From Negativicutes bacterium (GTDB taxonomy: Bacteria; Bacillota; Negativicutes; UBA1444): a DNA stretch of 64,000 nt. Within the stretch, counting starts at the first letter, position 1; the number at the start of each line of letters is the position of its first letter. A program made the translations under genes and the position numbers. The DNA lies in contig CAXXIN010000005.1 of NCBI GenBank assembly GCA_963665275.2, positions 32,001 to 96,000 of the forward strand. The letters run 5' to 3'. Below are positions 1 through 10,214 of the stretch, in pieces. The notes under the pieces were generated by a model, which did no database searches, was not told the origin of the DNA, and saw nothing but the letters and a program-made list of their open reading frames with translations.

Positions 1-86
1 GATTCTTGACGAAGGCGAAAAGGGCATTGACGGTCACGTATCGAAGTATCAAGTGGATGAAAAACTTGGGAGAGTGGTTGTTTTGA
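1..86 (+). CDS. 3' end of an upstream gene (partial, ...[15 protein letters not shown])
   Basis: Frame 3 is open from the window start to TGA 84-86, which overlaps the TTG start of xth (TTGA coupling). Confidence 0.4.
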   Translation, partial: FLTKAKRALTVTYRSIKWMKNLGEWLF

Positions 87-835
87 AATTGGTATCCTGG
101 AACGTAAACGGATTGCGAGCTTGCATCGGCAAGGGTTTCGGTGATTTTTTCACATCTGTGGATGCCGACATCCTTTGTATTCAGGAAACGAAGATGCAGC
201 CGGGTCAGGCAGAAATAAATTTCGCTGGCTATGAGCAATTCTGGAATAGCGCGGAGAAGAAGGGGTATTCGGGAACCGCTGTATTTTCTAGATTGCAGCC
301 GTTGTCGGTTTCCTATGGGTTGAACATGGAGGAACATGATCGTGAAGGACGCATCATTACATTGGAATTCAACGAGTTTCAATTGGTGAATGTATATACT
401 CCCAACTCTCAGCGACAACTGACCCGACTGGAATATCGACTGCGCTGGGAGGATGATTTTCGGCAATATATAGCGCATCTCAGCGCGAACAAGCCGGTCG
501 TCATCTGCGGCGATCTAAATGTGGCCCACCAGGAAATCGATATCAAAAACCCGGCCGCAAATAGAAAAAACGCCGGATTTACCGACGAAGAAAGGGCTAA
601 AATGACGCACCTGCTGGGAACGGGACTCATCGACAGTTTTCGGCGGCTCTACCCTGACAGGCGCGATGCGTATTCCTGGTGGTCCTATATGTCGAATGCC
701 AGGGAGCGCAACATCGGTTGGCGGATTGATTACTTCCTGGTTTCAGAGGCGGTCAGTCCGCTGATTCGGGAGGCGGGCATTCTCCAGGAAGTGCAGGGCA
801 GCGATCATTGCCCGGTAACCCTCGAAATCTTTTAA
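83..835 (+). CDS. xth: Exodeoxyribonuclease III (AP endonuclease)
   Basis: [27 protein letters not shown] and GSDHCP motifs; TTG start after GGGAGAG. Confidence 0.95.
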   Translation: MKLVSWNVNGLRACIGKGFGDFFTSVDADILCIQETKMQPGQAEINFAGYEQFWNSAEKKGYSGTAVFSRLQPLSVSYGLNMEEHDREGRIITLEFNEFQLVNVYTPNSQRQLTRLEYRLRWEDDFRQYIAHLSANKPVVICGDLNVAHQEIDIKNPAANRKNAGFTDEERAKMTHLLGTGLIDSFRRLYPDRRDAYSWWSYMSNARERNIGWRIDYFLVSEAVSPLIREAGILQEVQGSDHCPVTLEIF

Positions 836-859
836 GTGGTACGACCACAGAACCGAGCG

Positions 860-2173
860 CTAGAAAAGAACCAGGATGATGACTATGGACACAAACGCAT
901 AAACAAAGGCGAATCCGCCGTTCTGCTGCAGCCCGATCGCCAGAGGACTCTGTTTGGAAAGGCTGCCAACCATTAGATTGACGGCGGAAAATGGCGAAAG
1001 CACAGAGTACAGTGTATAACCGGCAAGAAAGGAGCCCGCCAATTGGATGGTGGACAGGGGAATGCTTCCCGGGGGCAGGGAGGCGGCAAGCGCCGCGATG
1101 GTAATCATGGGGTGGATGCCGACCATGGAGAGCAAGCCGATGGCGAGTACCAGCAGCGGAACCAGCGTTGTCGGCGTGTCCAGACCCAAACGGTTGATCA
1201 GGATCGGAATGTAGGATGGAATATCGGAAATCCCCAGGGCATAGCCGAAAAATCCGATGGCGGTAAACAAAACAACTTCGTTGTTCATCTGAGGCAGTCT
1301 GCATGTGAGAAAGTCCCGGACCTGAACGACATAGGCTTCAGTCTTGCCATACGCCAGCGCCAGCACCAGCGGACCTGCAAAAGAAACTAACGGTACGATT
1401 ACCATTGCGCTCTTATGTGTGAAATATTCCAGCGCCACAATCAAAGAAATCAAAATTCCGGTTTGGAACAACAAGGTGAACAAGCTCCTGGAGGATTTTC
1501 TGCTTTCTGAAGGGGAACTGGTTACGGCATTTTTTTCAATAGGATTTTCCAATCGCCCATACTCCAGATAGCCAACCAAGAGTAGGGAAACTGATCCGGC
1601 CAAGGCCAGGGTGATCCCGATCGGCGCAATGGTGAACCAGGAAATGTTGGCGTATTGAGCTGCCAACGCGACAGATATGTAGCTGGGAGACCAAGTCGTA
1701 TTCGGCATGAAGCCGCGTATCAACGCGGTGTGGAATAGTTTGGCGGGATATTTTTCGGCGGTGGGTCGCAATAATTGATGCACAAAATGAAAACTGGCCA
1801 GGTTGATCAAAGCAGCCAACAACGTAAGCATTGTGGAGGTAACGACATAAAATCGATAGGGCGAAGAAACAAAGCGCGAAAGTAATGTCGAGAAGTGTTG
1901 TTGATAAGGTTCGAAATAGAGAATGCTGCCTAATAGTGGAACCGTGAGAACCAAGGCGATCAGGGGTGCATTGTATATGCAGGCTTTGATCCAACCTTGC
2001 GGCGGGATTTGATAAGTCAGCATGAAATAGGCGCCAACCGCAATCAAAATAAGCGACATGAGGCGAGTGGCGGAACGCGTCTCTGAAAAGGCAAGCATGA
2101 ACAGCAGCAGTGCGGAAAAACCCATTGCATATTGTAAAAACAGCATCGGGGAAAAAGCGTTCAGGATAAACAT
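860..2173 (-). CDS. Uncharacterised polytopic membrane protein, probable transporter
   Basis: 437 aa with about 12 hydrophobic segments; WSP motif; true start may be upstream (ATT 2227). Confidence 0.7.
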   Translation of the reverse strand: MFILNAFSPMLFLQYAMGFSALLLFMLAFSETRSATRLMSLILIAVGAYFMLTYQIPPQGWIKACIYNAPLIALVLTVPLLGSILYFEPYQQHFSTLLSRFVSSPYRFYVVTSTMLTLLAALINLASFHFVHQLLRPTAEKYPAKLFHTALIRGFMPNTTWSPSYISVALAAQYANISWFTIAPIGITLALAGSVSLLLVGYLEYGRLENPIEKNAVTSSPSESRKSSRSLFTLLFQTGILISLIVALEYFTHKSAMVIVPLVSFAGPLVLALAYGKTEAYVVQVRDFLTCRLPQMNNEVVLFTAIGFFGYALGISDIPSYIPILINRLGLDTPTTLVPLLVLAIGLLSMVGIHPMITIAALAASLPPGSIPLSTIQLAGSFLAGYTLYSVLSPFSAVNLMVGSLSKQSPLAIGLQQNGGFAFVYAFVSIVIILVLF

Positions 2174-2293
2174 GGCTACAAAAGCGAGTTTGATGAGGGT
2201 GGAACCCCATTGTCTGCCTTGAAGAATATTGGTCCCTTCTTTCTACTAGCGGAGCTAGATTTAAATTTGTCGTGGTTGCTGTATTTTATTTTA

Positions 2294-2320
2294 ATTCGCC
2301 ATGGACGGCAGGGTTCCTTT
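2294..2320 (-). promoter_or_regulatory. sigmaH-like promoter (AAAGGA-N17-GAAT)
   Basis: Matches the B. subtilis SigH consensus and points at the 860-2173 gene. Confidence 0.5.
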
Positions 2321-2341
2321 GCGTTGACTGACCCGTTGCAA

Positions 2342-2386
2342 AAGAAGACCCTGGAGTTCCTGCTAAGGAAGCCCCAGGGTCTTCTT
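2342..2386 (-). terminator. Intrinsic terminator after the antiporter gene
   Basis: AAGAAGACCCTGG...CCAGGGTCTTCTT inverted repeat with a short U tail on the minus strand. Confidence 0.7.
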
Positions 2387-2399
2387 GAGTTCGCGAGTA

Positions 2400-3905
2400 C
2401 TACCGGAAGAAGATGAAGGTGATCACGACGAAGGTCGGTACCAGAATCGCGCACGACCAGGCCATGTATCCGAAAAAGGAAGGCATCGCTACATCGTTTT
2501 CTTCAGCAATGGATTTCACCATGAAATTCGGCGCATTGCCGATATAGGAGTTGGCGCCCATGAAGACGGAGCCGCAGGAGATCGCCATCAGGATCTGTTC
2601 CGGTACGGTTCCCATGTCGGTGACTACGCCGGTTTTGGCGCCCAGACCAACAGCCACGCTGAGGAACGTCAGGTAGGTCGGTGCATTATCGAGGAAACTG
2701 GATAATACTCCCGAAGCCCAGAAAAACTGCCAAGGTTGCGTAACCCCAAGTTCGGCGCCCCTTGCCTGAAGAATCGCCATCGGAGGGATAATGGTGAGAA
2801 AGATGCCGGCGAACAAGACCGCCACTTCCTTGATCGGCCCCCAGGTGAAATGATTGTCTTCGCGGATCAAAGAAGGCGTCAGCTTGAGTGACAAGAAGCC
2901 CAGCAGCAAGATGGTTCCGTTAAAGAGCAAATTCAGGTAGGGCAGGATCAGGGTATGGCCGTGCAGGGCCATGAGCGAAAAACCGATTTTGGTGTCGGTA
3001 CTGGCGTCGTAAAACATAGGGTCCTTGATATAAATTCCGCCCAGGACAACGGCGGCAACAACTCCGGCCAGAAGCAAAAAGTTGAAAAGTCCGTCGACGC
3101 AGATCGCTTCCTTATCCTCATCACAGCCGCAGGGTTCGGTTGCAGGCTGCGGTATATCCTTGCGATAATAGTAGGAGTCAACCATGTAGTAAATTGCCAG
3201 CACAATACCAGCCGTAACAAGGAACGGCAAAATTAAACGAAGCGTCCAAAAGAAGGGCACTCCATGCAGAAAGCCCAGAAAAAGAGGCGGATCGCCGAGC
3301 GGGGTCAGAGACCCGCCAACATTGCTGACCAAAAAGATAAAAAAGATCATCGTATGCGCTTTGGCTTTGCGAAATGCATTGGCCCGGATAACCGGCCGAA
3401 TCATCAGCATGGAAGCGCCGGTGGTGCCAATCAGGCTTGCCAAGAGGGTTCCGATGATCAGCAGAATGCAATTGAAGATCGGTGTACCCTTTAGGGCTCC
3501 TCGGACGATGATGCCGCCGGATATTACGAAAAGGCTGCCGAGCAGAATGATGAAGGGAATATAGTCAAAGATGTACATGTGAAGGCAATAATAGATGGCG
3601 GAAGAAAAATCCAACAGCATAGCAAAAGGGATGAAAAAGGCGAGTGCCCAGAATAGGCTGACTTTGCCTTCGTTATGCTCCCACCAGTGCGAATTTACCA
3701 ACGGACACAGAGCAATCGAAAGCAGAATTCCTACGAACGGCAAGCCCATCCACATTGGCAGTATTTTGCCGATATCGGGAGCCTCTCCGGCCGTTTCCGC
3801 AGCCAGCGCCACAGAAGGAATCGCGGACAAAATAAAAAGACCCAGGACTGTTATAATGGAAGCAACGCGGTACGGCCGCAACGCGGCGCAGGATGAAACG
3901 TTCAA
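2400..3905 (-). CDS. Ion-transporter (IT) superfamily Na+/H+ antiporter or citrate-transporter-like protein
   Basis: GGSLTPLGDPPLFLGFL, LSSFLDNAPTYL and YIGNAPNFMVKSIAE motifs. Confidence 0.85.
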   Translation of the reverse strand: MNVSSCAALRPYRVASIITVLGLFILSAIPSVALAAETAGEAPDIGKILPMWMGLPFVGILLSIALCPLVNSHWWEHNEGKVSLFWALAFFIPFAMLLDFSSAIYYCLHMYIFDYIPFIILLGSLFVISGGIIVRGALKGTPIFNCILLIIGTLLASLIGTTGASMLMIRPVIRANAFRKAKAHTMIFFIFLVSNVGGSLTPLGDPPLFLGFLHGVPFFWTLRLILPFLVTAGIVLAIYYMVDSYYYRKDIPQPATEPCGCDEDKEAICVDGLFNFLLLAGVVAAVVLGGIYIKDPMFYDASTDTKIGFSLMALHGHTLILPYLNLLFNGTILLLGFLSLKLTPSLIREDNHFTWGPIKEVAVLFAGIFLTIIPPMAILQARGAELGVTQPWQFFWASGVLSSFLDNAPTYLTFLSVAVGLGAKTGVVTDMGTVPEQILMAISCGSVFMGANSYIGNAPNFMVKSIAEENDVAMPSFFGYMAWSCAILVPTFVVITFIFFR

Positions 3906-3983
3906 CTGGATGGCCTCCCCTCAATATTCACGCAATTTCTGCAACAACCATGCTTGGCGTTGCTGTACTACATAATCTATAAT

Positions 3984-4011
3984 CTTCTATAGGAAAAAGT
4001 TAATCTCCTGC
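3984..4011 (-). promoter_or_regulatory. sigmaH-like promoter (GCAGGA-N18-GAAG)
   Basis: Consensus-like spacing, upstream of the antiporter. Confidence 0.45.
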
Positions 4012-4167
4012 TGTCTGACAAAAAAATATTCAGTTTTTTATGCCAATTCGGATTAATTGTGTTTTACACCTAAGCGTGTATCAAGACGACAACAGTCGGG
4101 TAGTTTTCATATGAGCGTTAATGGTAGAATATAAAAGTTACCCGCAAAAGCGGTTTGGTGACCAACT

Positions 4168-5532
4168 TTGGGAGGATTTCATGGACAAATCGAACGTACT
4201 GGAGAAAAAAAGGTTTCCACTCTATTGTGGAATTATTCCGGGCCTGCGATCATCGGCATGGTGGTCAATGCTTTGTACAATGTTATAGACAGCATTTTTG
4301 TCGGCCGGGGAGTCGGCGAGATCGGGCTGGTCGCTGTAACGCTCGCATTTCCTCTAATGATGATTTTGATGGGTGTCGGTATGTTTGTTGGCTTGGGCGC
4401 CGGAGCTCTGATTTCTATTCGCTTGGGACAAAAGGATAAACCCGGAGCGGAGTTGATTTTGGGCAATGCCCTGATGCTGGTTATTATACTGGTCCTGGTC
4501 AGCACATCACTGTCCCTGTGGTTTTTGGATCCTCTACTGGTTTTGTTGGGCGCGACCCCGGATGTGATGCCTTATGCCAGAGATTTTTCCGCGATTATTC
4601 TGGGCGGCAGCGTTTTTATGCATGTGAGTTTTAGCCTGAACAATCTGATCAGGGCCCAGGGCGACCCCAAAACAGCCCTCAGGACGATGTTAATCGGAGC
4701 CCTGCTCAATACGGCCCTCAATCCGCTGTTCATCTTTGTTTTCCATATGGGTATCAAGGGGTCGGCATGGGCCACTGTTGCGGCGCAGGCCGTGGCGACG
4801 GTGTGGGTATTGTCCTATTTTATCAAGGGAACAGGAACGATGCGGTTGAAAAAAATGAATCTTCGGATTCGCCGCGATATCGTGCTTGAGATCGCTCGTA
4901 TCGGCATGGCGCCGTTCTTGCTTCAAATGGGAGCCAGTTTGGTGATGGTCGTGTTGAACTTCAAGCTGCTGACTTATGGTGGCGGGCTGGCAGTGGCGGC
5001 CTTCGGGATCGTGAACCGTGTCCTGATGCTCATCATGATGCCGGTGATGGGGATCAGTCAGGGAGCGCAACCGATCATAGGGTATAACTTCGGCGCAGGG
5101 AACTATCGCCGGGTTATTGAAGTAATGAAACTGGCGGCCGCTTCGGCGACGGGGCTTTGCGTGTTGGGTTTTTTGGGTGTGCAAATTTTTGCCGAGCAGA
5201 TCGTGCGGCTGTTCAACGGCAACCTGGAACTGGTCCAACTGGGCTCGACCGGATTACGATTATATTTGCTGTTGCTGCCGTTGATTGGCTTTCAGTTGAT
5301 CGGCGCCAACTATTATCAGGCGGTTGGTAAGGCCGGGTACGCAATTGTATTCAATTTGCTGCGGCAAATCGTACTCTTGATTCCAATGGTGTATATTCTC
5401 TCTTCGTTTCTGGGACTGACAGGGGTTTGGCTGGCCGGACCTGTTTCGGATCTGGGAGCGGCGATTGCCACAGCCTGGTTTTTGGTCAGAGAACTGAAAG
5501 GATTACGCCAGAAGGCTAATTTGCAAATATAA
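4168..5532 (+). CDS. MATE family efflux transporter (MepA-like)
   Basis: PAIIGMVVNALYNVIDSIFVG, RAQGDPK and QPIIGYNFGA motifs; 12 TM. Confidence 0.93.
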   Translation: MGGFHGQIERTGEKKVSTLLWNYSGPAIIGMVVNALYNVIDSIFVGRGVGEIGLVAVTLAFPLMMILMGVGMFVGLGAGALISIRLGQKDKPGAELILGNALMLVIILVLVSTSLSLWFLDPLLVLLGATPDVMPYARDFSAIILGGSVFMHVSFSLNNLIRAQGDPKTALRTMLIGALLNTALNPLFIFVFHMGIKGSAWATVAAQAVATVWVLSYFIKGTGTMRLKKMNLRIRRDIVLEIARIGMAPFLLQMGASLVMVVLNFKLLTYGGGLAVAAFGIVNRVLMLIMMPVMGISQGAQPIIGYNFGAGNYRRVIEVMKLAAASATGLCVLGFLGVQIFAEQIVRLFNGNLELVQLGSTGLRLYLLLLPLIGFQLIGANYYQAVGKAGYAIVFNLLRQIVLLIPMVYILSSFLGLTGVWLAGPVSDLGAAIATAWFLVRELKGLRQKANLQI

Positions 5533-5572
5533 ACTAGTAGGAATGAGCGGCGCAAGCGATGAAATAACAGAG

Positions 5573-5605
5573 AATCCTGCCGACATGTCATGTTCGGCAG
5601 GATTT
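5573..5605 (+). terminator. Intrinsic terminator
   Basis: AATCCTGCCGA...TCGGCAGGATTT hairpin after the MATE gene. Confidence 0.65.
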
Positions 5606-5697
5606 ATACTTTATTGAGCTAAATATAATCATATTATGAATATGATTTAAGGCTGGTTGTAATTGGAAAGGATCCATGTGCGAGAGGAGTAACAAAG

Positions 5698-6571
5698 ATG
5701 AATAAAACGATTACGGAGCTGATCCGCCAACGCTTTTCCTGCCGTAGGCATCCAGAGAAAGCCATCGCAGCAGATGCGCAGACGCAACTGCAGGAGTTCC
5801 TGAGCGGCCATCAAGAAGGCCCTTTTGGCTCGCAAACCCGCTTTCAACTGATTGCTGCGACCGAGCAGGATCGCCAATCCTTGAAAGGCGTGGGGACTTA
5901 TGGATTTATTAAGAATGCGCAGGGATTCATCGTGGGCGCTCTCGGACCGGGACCCAAGAACCTGGAGGATTTCGGCTATCTGATGGAATGGGCGATCCTG
6001 TTTGCAACCGATCTGGAGCTGGGGACTTGTTGGCTGGGCGGGAGCTTCACAAAAAGCGGCTTTGCCAAAAAAATCGCGATAACCGCAACAGAAACGGTTC
6101 CAGCGGTGACCTCTGTCGGATATATTGCAGATCATAGTAAAGCGGAGGATTGGATTCGGCGACGAGCCGGGGGGGGCGATGCGGCTTCCGGCGGAACAGT
6201 TGTTTTTTGCAAGACAGTTTGGTGAGCCCCTTCAAATGGAGAGCGTCGGTGACTTTGCCACAGTGCTGGACATGGTGCGATGGGGACCTTCGGCATCCAA
6301 CAAACAGCCGTGGCGCATACTTAATGTCGGCGGAATCTGGCACTTTTACCTGCAGCGAACGCCGGGATATGGCAAAGAAAGCATGTTGGGCAGGCTTCTT
6401 GGGGTGGCTGACGTTCAGCGCATCGATATGGGAATCGCCATGTGCCATTTTGAACTGTCCGCCCTGGAAATGGGGGTGTCGGGGCGTTGGTCGGTCAGCG
6501 CACCGTCAGGGATCAAACTGCCGCCGAACACGGAATACGTTGTTAGCTGGACGGCGGCAGAAAACGAGTAA
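5698..6571 (+). pseudogene. Two-domain nitroreductase-family protein, frameshifted at G8 run 6169-6176 (possibly a sequencing error)
   Basis: The N-half (RFSCR, LGTCWLGG) and C-half (RWGPSASNKQPW, IDMGIAMCHF) join in frame if one G is removed: ...RRRAGGAMRLPAEQLFF. Confidence 0.8.
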
Positions 6572-6642
6572 TTCTTTTCGCTAGGCAGGATTTCAAGGCT
6601 CCTGTCACGGAAACGTACTAGATGGGGGCGTGTTTGGAACCA

Positions 6643-7515
6643 ATGCACAGTTTCATGGCCGGCGTATTTTTGATATTCCTTTCGGCGTTCGGTTTTGGCC
6701 TGATGCCTATCTTCGCGCTTTATGCGTACCGCGGCGGTGTCAATGTTTCCACGTTGCTCTTTCTGCGATTCACGAGCGCTGCGCTGTGTTTCTTTGCCTA
6801 TTTGATATCGAGTCACACCTGTATCAGGGTCCGACGGCGCGAGATGGTCGGGTTATTCTCGATGGGAACAGTGCTATACGCAATGCAGTCAACTCTCTAT
6901 TTTTCGGCTGTCCGCTATATACCGGCTTCACTCGCGGCCCTGATCCTTTATCTGTATCCCGTCCTTGTGGCATTTCTCAGTGTTATAGTGGATAAGGAAT
7001 CCTGGTCATGGAAAATGGTGGCGCCGTCAGTGCTTTCGTTAATCGGTATAGCGGTGGTTCTGGGGGCGCCGCTTGACAGGCTGGATGGATTCGGCGTACT
7101 GTTGGCTTTCGGCGCGGCCCTGGTGTATTCGATCTATATCGTTATGGGCCGGCGCATCCTCGCGCAGGTCTCTCCTGTCGCTACCAGTGCATTCATCTCT
7201 GCGTTTGCCGCATTGAGCTTTTTGATATATGGCGGAATTACCCATTCGCTGGTATTTGAACTGTCGGTGCAGACCTGGTTGGTGATTGCGGGGGTCGCAC
7301 TATTTTCAACTATTCTGGCGATGGCGACTTTCTTCGCTGGTATGAACATCGTAGGACCAACCCGTGCTTCGATCCTGAGTACGATTGAGCCAGTAATCAC
7401 AATCGGGTTTTCTGCCCTGTTACTTGGCGAGAAACTTTCATGGGAACAAGGCGCCGGCGCAGTGCTCGTTATTGCTGGAACCGTCTGGGTGATCAGTCAG
7501 CGCGAACAGTCATAA
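6643..7515 (+). CDS. DMT/EamA family transporter
   Basis: 10 TM, two EamA repeats, GPTRASILSTIEPV...LLGE. Confidence 0.9.
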   Translation: MHSFMAGVFLIFLSAFGFGLMPIFALYAYRGGVNVSTLLFLRFTSAALCFFAYLISSHTCIRVRRREMVGLFSMGTVLYAMQSTLYFSAVRYIPASLAALILYLYPVLVAFLSVIVDKESWSWKMVAPSVLSLIGIAVVLGAPLDRLDGFGVLLAFGAALVYSIYIVMGRRILAQVSPVATSAFISAFAALSFLIYGGITHSLVFELSVQTWLVIAGVALFSTILAMATFFAGMNIVGPTRASILSTIEPVITIGFSALLLGEKLSWEQGAGAVLVIAGTVWVISQREQS

Positions 7516-7548
7516 CAAAAATTATAAATAAAAAGAGGAGGGGTTTGT

Positions 7549-8118
7549 ATGTTTCTTGACAAGGTAAAAGCGAACCGGAGTTATCGGCGGTTCTATGAAG
7601 AGGAAGCCGTAACTCGCGAGAAGTTGCTGCAATTGATCAACTTGGCTCGATTGTGTCCGTCGGGCGCCAATCGGCAAGCGCTGCGTTATTTTATTTCCTG
7701 TGAACCGGTTCAAAACGACAAGGTGTTTTCCGCATTGGGGTGGGCCGCTTATTTGAAGGAATGGCAGGGGCCAGATGCCGGTGAGCGTCCCGCAGCCTAT
7801 ATCGTGATGGTTCAGGATCAGGGTTATAAAATGGTCAGCAGTATCGACCCCGGCATTGCGGCGCAAACTATTTTGTTGGGAGCAACAGAGGCGGGCTTGG
7901 GTGGGTGCATGATCGGTAACATCAATCATGCGGTTCTGCGTCAGGCGCTGGATATCCCGGAACAATATGAGATTCTGCTCGTGATTGCAATTGGCAAACC
8001 GAAGGAAGAAATCGTCATCGAAGAAATTGAACCCGATGGTGACATCAAATATTGGCGCGATGAAAAACAGACCCATCACGTGCCCAAACGAAAACTCAAG
8101 GACATCATCTTGAATTGA
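7549..8118 (+). CDS. Nitroreductase family protein
   Basis: NRSYRRF, ARLCPSGANRQ, GLGGCMIG and HHVPKR motifs; GAGGAG RBS. Confidence 0.92.
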   Translation: MFLDKVKANRSYRRFYEEEAVTREKLLQLINLARLCPSGANRQALRYFISCEPVQNDKVFSALGWAAYLKEWQGPDAGERPAAYIVMVQDQGYKMVSSIDPGIAAQTILLGATEAGLGGCMIGNINHAVLRQALDIPEQYEILLVIAIGKPKEEIVIEEIEPDGDIKYWRDEKQTHHVPKRKLKDIILN

Positions 8119-8161
8119 GTTTGGATACCCAAAGATAAATTTGCGGGAACAGGAGATAAGA

Positions 8162-10129
8162 GTGATGATTCAGGAAAACGACGTGCGGTTCCTGCGATTG
8201 TTGGCGGAACAGTACCCTTCGATGCAGTCCGCCTCCAATGCGATTATCAAATTGTCAGCCCAACTTCAGCTACCCAAGGGAACGGAACATTTTCTGTCCG
8301 ATGTGCATGGAGAGCATGAGGCTTTTTCCCACGTCATCCGGAATGGAGCAGGCTCGATCTGGCGCAAGATCGACGAAATGTTCGCCAATAGTCTGTCCCG
8401 GCGGGAGCAGCGGGATTTGGCAACCTTGATTTATTATCCGGAAGAAAGATCGATATTGATGCTGCAGTCCGTCCGAGAGCCGGAGGAATGGAGCCGGCTC
8501 ACGTTGATACGACTCATCCGGCTTTGCCGAATACTCACCTCGAAATATCGACGTGAAACGATCAGAAGGTTTTTGCCCGAACAGGTGGCGCCGATCATCG
8601 AAGAACTACTGGATGAGCAGGAAACGATCGAAAACAAGGCGACCTATTATCAAGGTTTGATTGATGGGATCATTTCAACTGGCAGCGCCAGGACATTTAT
8701 CATTCACCTGGCTGAACTCATACAAAGGCTCGCGATATCCCGGCTGCATGTGATCGGTGACATTTATGACCGTGGACCGGGTGCGCATATTATCTTGGAT
8801 GCATTGATGGACTACCATCAGGTGGACATCCAGTGGGGGAACCACGACATCTTGTGGATGGGGGCCGCAGCCGGCAGTGAAGCCTGTATCGCCAATGTCA
8901 TCCGAACCTGCCTGCGCTACGGGAATATGGAAACGCTGGAGAATGGTTATGGTGTAAGTTTGTTGCCATTGGCTTCGTTTGCCATTGAGACGTATAAAGA
9001 TGATCCCTGTGAATTATTCATCCCCAAAGTCCCTGCCGATGATGGGTTCACCAGTCAGGAAATCCGCATGATGGCACAGATGCAAAAAGCCATGGCAATG
9101 ATTCAGTTTAAGCTTGAATCCCAATTGATCAAGCGCCGGCCCCATTATCAGATGACAGACCGCCTGTTGTTGGATCGGGTTGACTTCGAACGGGGCACAG
9201 TCACTGTGGATCATATATCCTATCCATTGTTGGATATGAATTTCCCGACCATCGACCCGGCGCAGCCAGACCTCCTCACTGCCGCTGAGGAAATGGTGGT
9301 GGCAAAGTTGCGACTTGCTTTTACCAATAGTAAAAAGCTGCAACAGCATGTCCGGTTCCTGTTTTCCAAAGGCAGCATCTATTTGATCCACGATGGCAAT
9401 CTGCTCTATCATGGGTGTATCGCCATGGCGGAGGATGGGTCATTCCGTTCGTTCAATGTCGACGGACAGAGTTTTGCAGGGAAGCCTTTTCTGGATCGGG
9501 TTGACCGACTGGCTCGTCAGGGCTACTATGCAGCGGACAATACACCGCAGAAACAGTATGGCATGGATGCCATGTGGTTCATGTGGTGCGCGCCGCAGTC
9601 CCCCTTATTCGGCAAAGAGAAAATGGCGACCTTCGAGCGCTATTTTATCGCCGATCCCCTTACCCACAAAGAAAAACGCAATGCCTATTATGCCCTGAGA
9701 GACGATGAGGAGACCGCCTGCAAGATTCTCGTGGAATTCGGCTTGAATTGCGCAACCGGACATATCATCAACGGCCATGTACCGGTAAAAGTTGTGAAAG
9801 GGGAAAAACCTGTCAAGGCCAATGGGAAGCTGATCGTCATCGATGGCGGTTTCTCGCGGGCTTATCAAAAAGAAACCGGCATTGCGGGATATACCCTGAT
9901 CTCCAATTCGCGCGGCTGGTTGTTGTCCGCACACCATCCCTTCGAGTCGACGCAGAAGGCGGTGTCTGAAGGAATCGACACCGAGTCGGAAACGGAAATT
10001 ATCGAAAGTCATCCCGAACGGATGCGCATCAGGCATACTGACCAAGGCCGGGAAATCCAGCAAGAGATTGACCAGTTGACTGATCTGCTTGAGGCCTATC
10101 GGGAAGGGCAGATTAAAGAGCATCAATGA
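8162..10129 (+). CDS. fbp: Fructose-1,6-bisphosphatase class 3
   Basis: LPKGTEHFLSDVHGE, GDIYDRGP, QWGNHD, NGHVPVK and IDGGFSRAY motifs. Confidence 0.95.
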   Translation: MMIQENDVRFLRLLAEQYPSMQSASNAIIKLSAQLQLPKGTEHFLSDVHGEHEAFSHVIRNGAGSIWRKIDEMFANSLSRREQRDLATLIYYPEERSILMLQSVREPEEWSRLTLIRLIRLCRILTSKYRRETIRRFLPEQVAPIIEELLDEQETIENKATYYQGLIDGIISTGSARTFIIHLAELIQRLAISRLHVIGDIYDRGPGAHIILDALMDYHQVDIQWGNHDILWMGAAAGSEACIANVIRTCLRYGNMETLENGYGVSLLPLASFAIETYKDDPCELFIPKVPADDGFTSQEIRMMAQMQKAMAMIQFKLESQLIKRRPHYQMTDRLLLDRVDFERGTVTVDHISYPLLDMNFPTIDPAQPDLLTAAEEMVVAKLRLAFTNSKKLQQHVRFLFSKGSIYLIHDGNLLYHGCIAMAEDGSFRSFNVDGQSFAGKPFLDRVDRLARQGYYAADNTPQKQYGMDAMWFMWCAPQSPLFGKEKMATFERYFIADPLTHKEKRNAYYALRDDEETACKILVEFGLNCATGHIINGHVPVKVVKGEKPVKANGKLIVIDGGFSRAYQKETGIAGYTLISNSRGWLLSAHHPFESTQKAVSEGIDTESETEIIESHPERMRIRHTDQGREIQQEIDQLTDLLEAYREGQIKEHQ

Positions 10130-10145
10130 GGAGAAAGCCCCGACT

Positions 10146-10195
10146 GAAAGTAAAAAAATCCTGCAGGACCGCTTCCTGCAGGATTTTTTACTTTC
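10146..10195. terminator. Bidirectional intrinsic terminator between fbp and mdh
   Basis: GAAAGTAAAAAAATCCTGCAGG...CCTGCAGGATTTTTTACTTTC inverted repeat with A and T tails. Confidence 0.85.
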
Positions 10196-10214
10196 CGGAA
10201 CATACGAATAGTTT

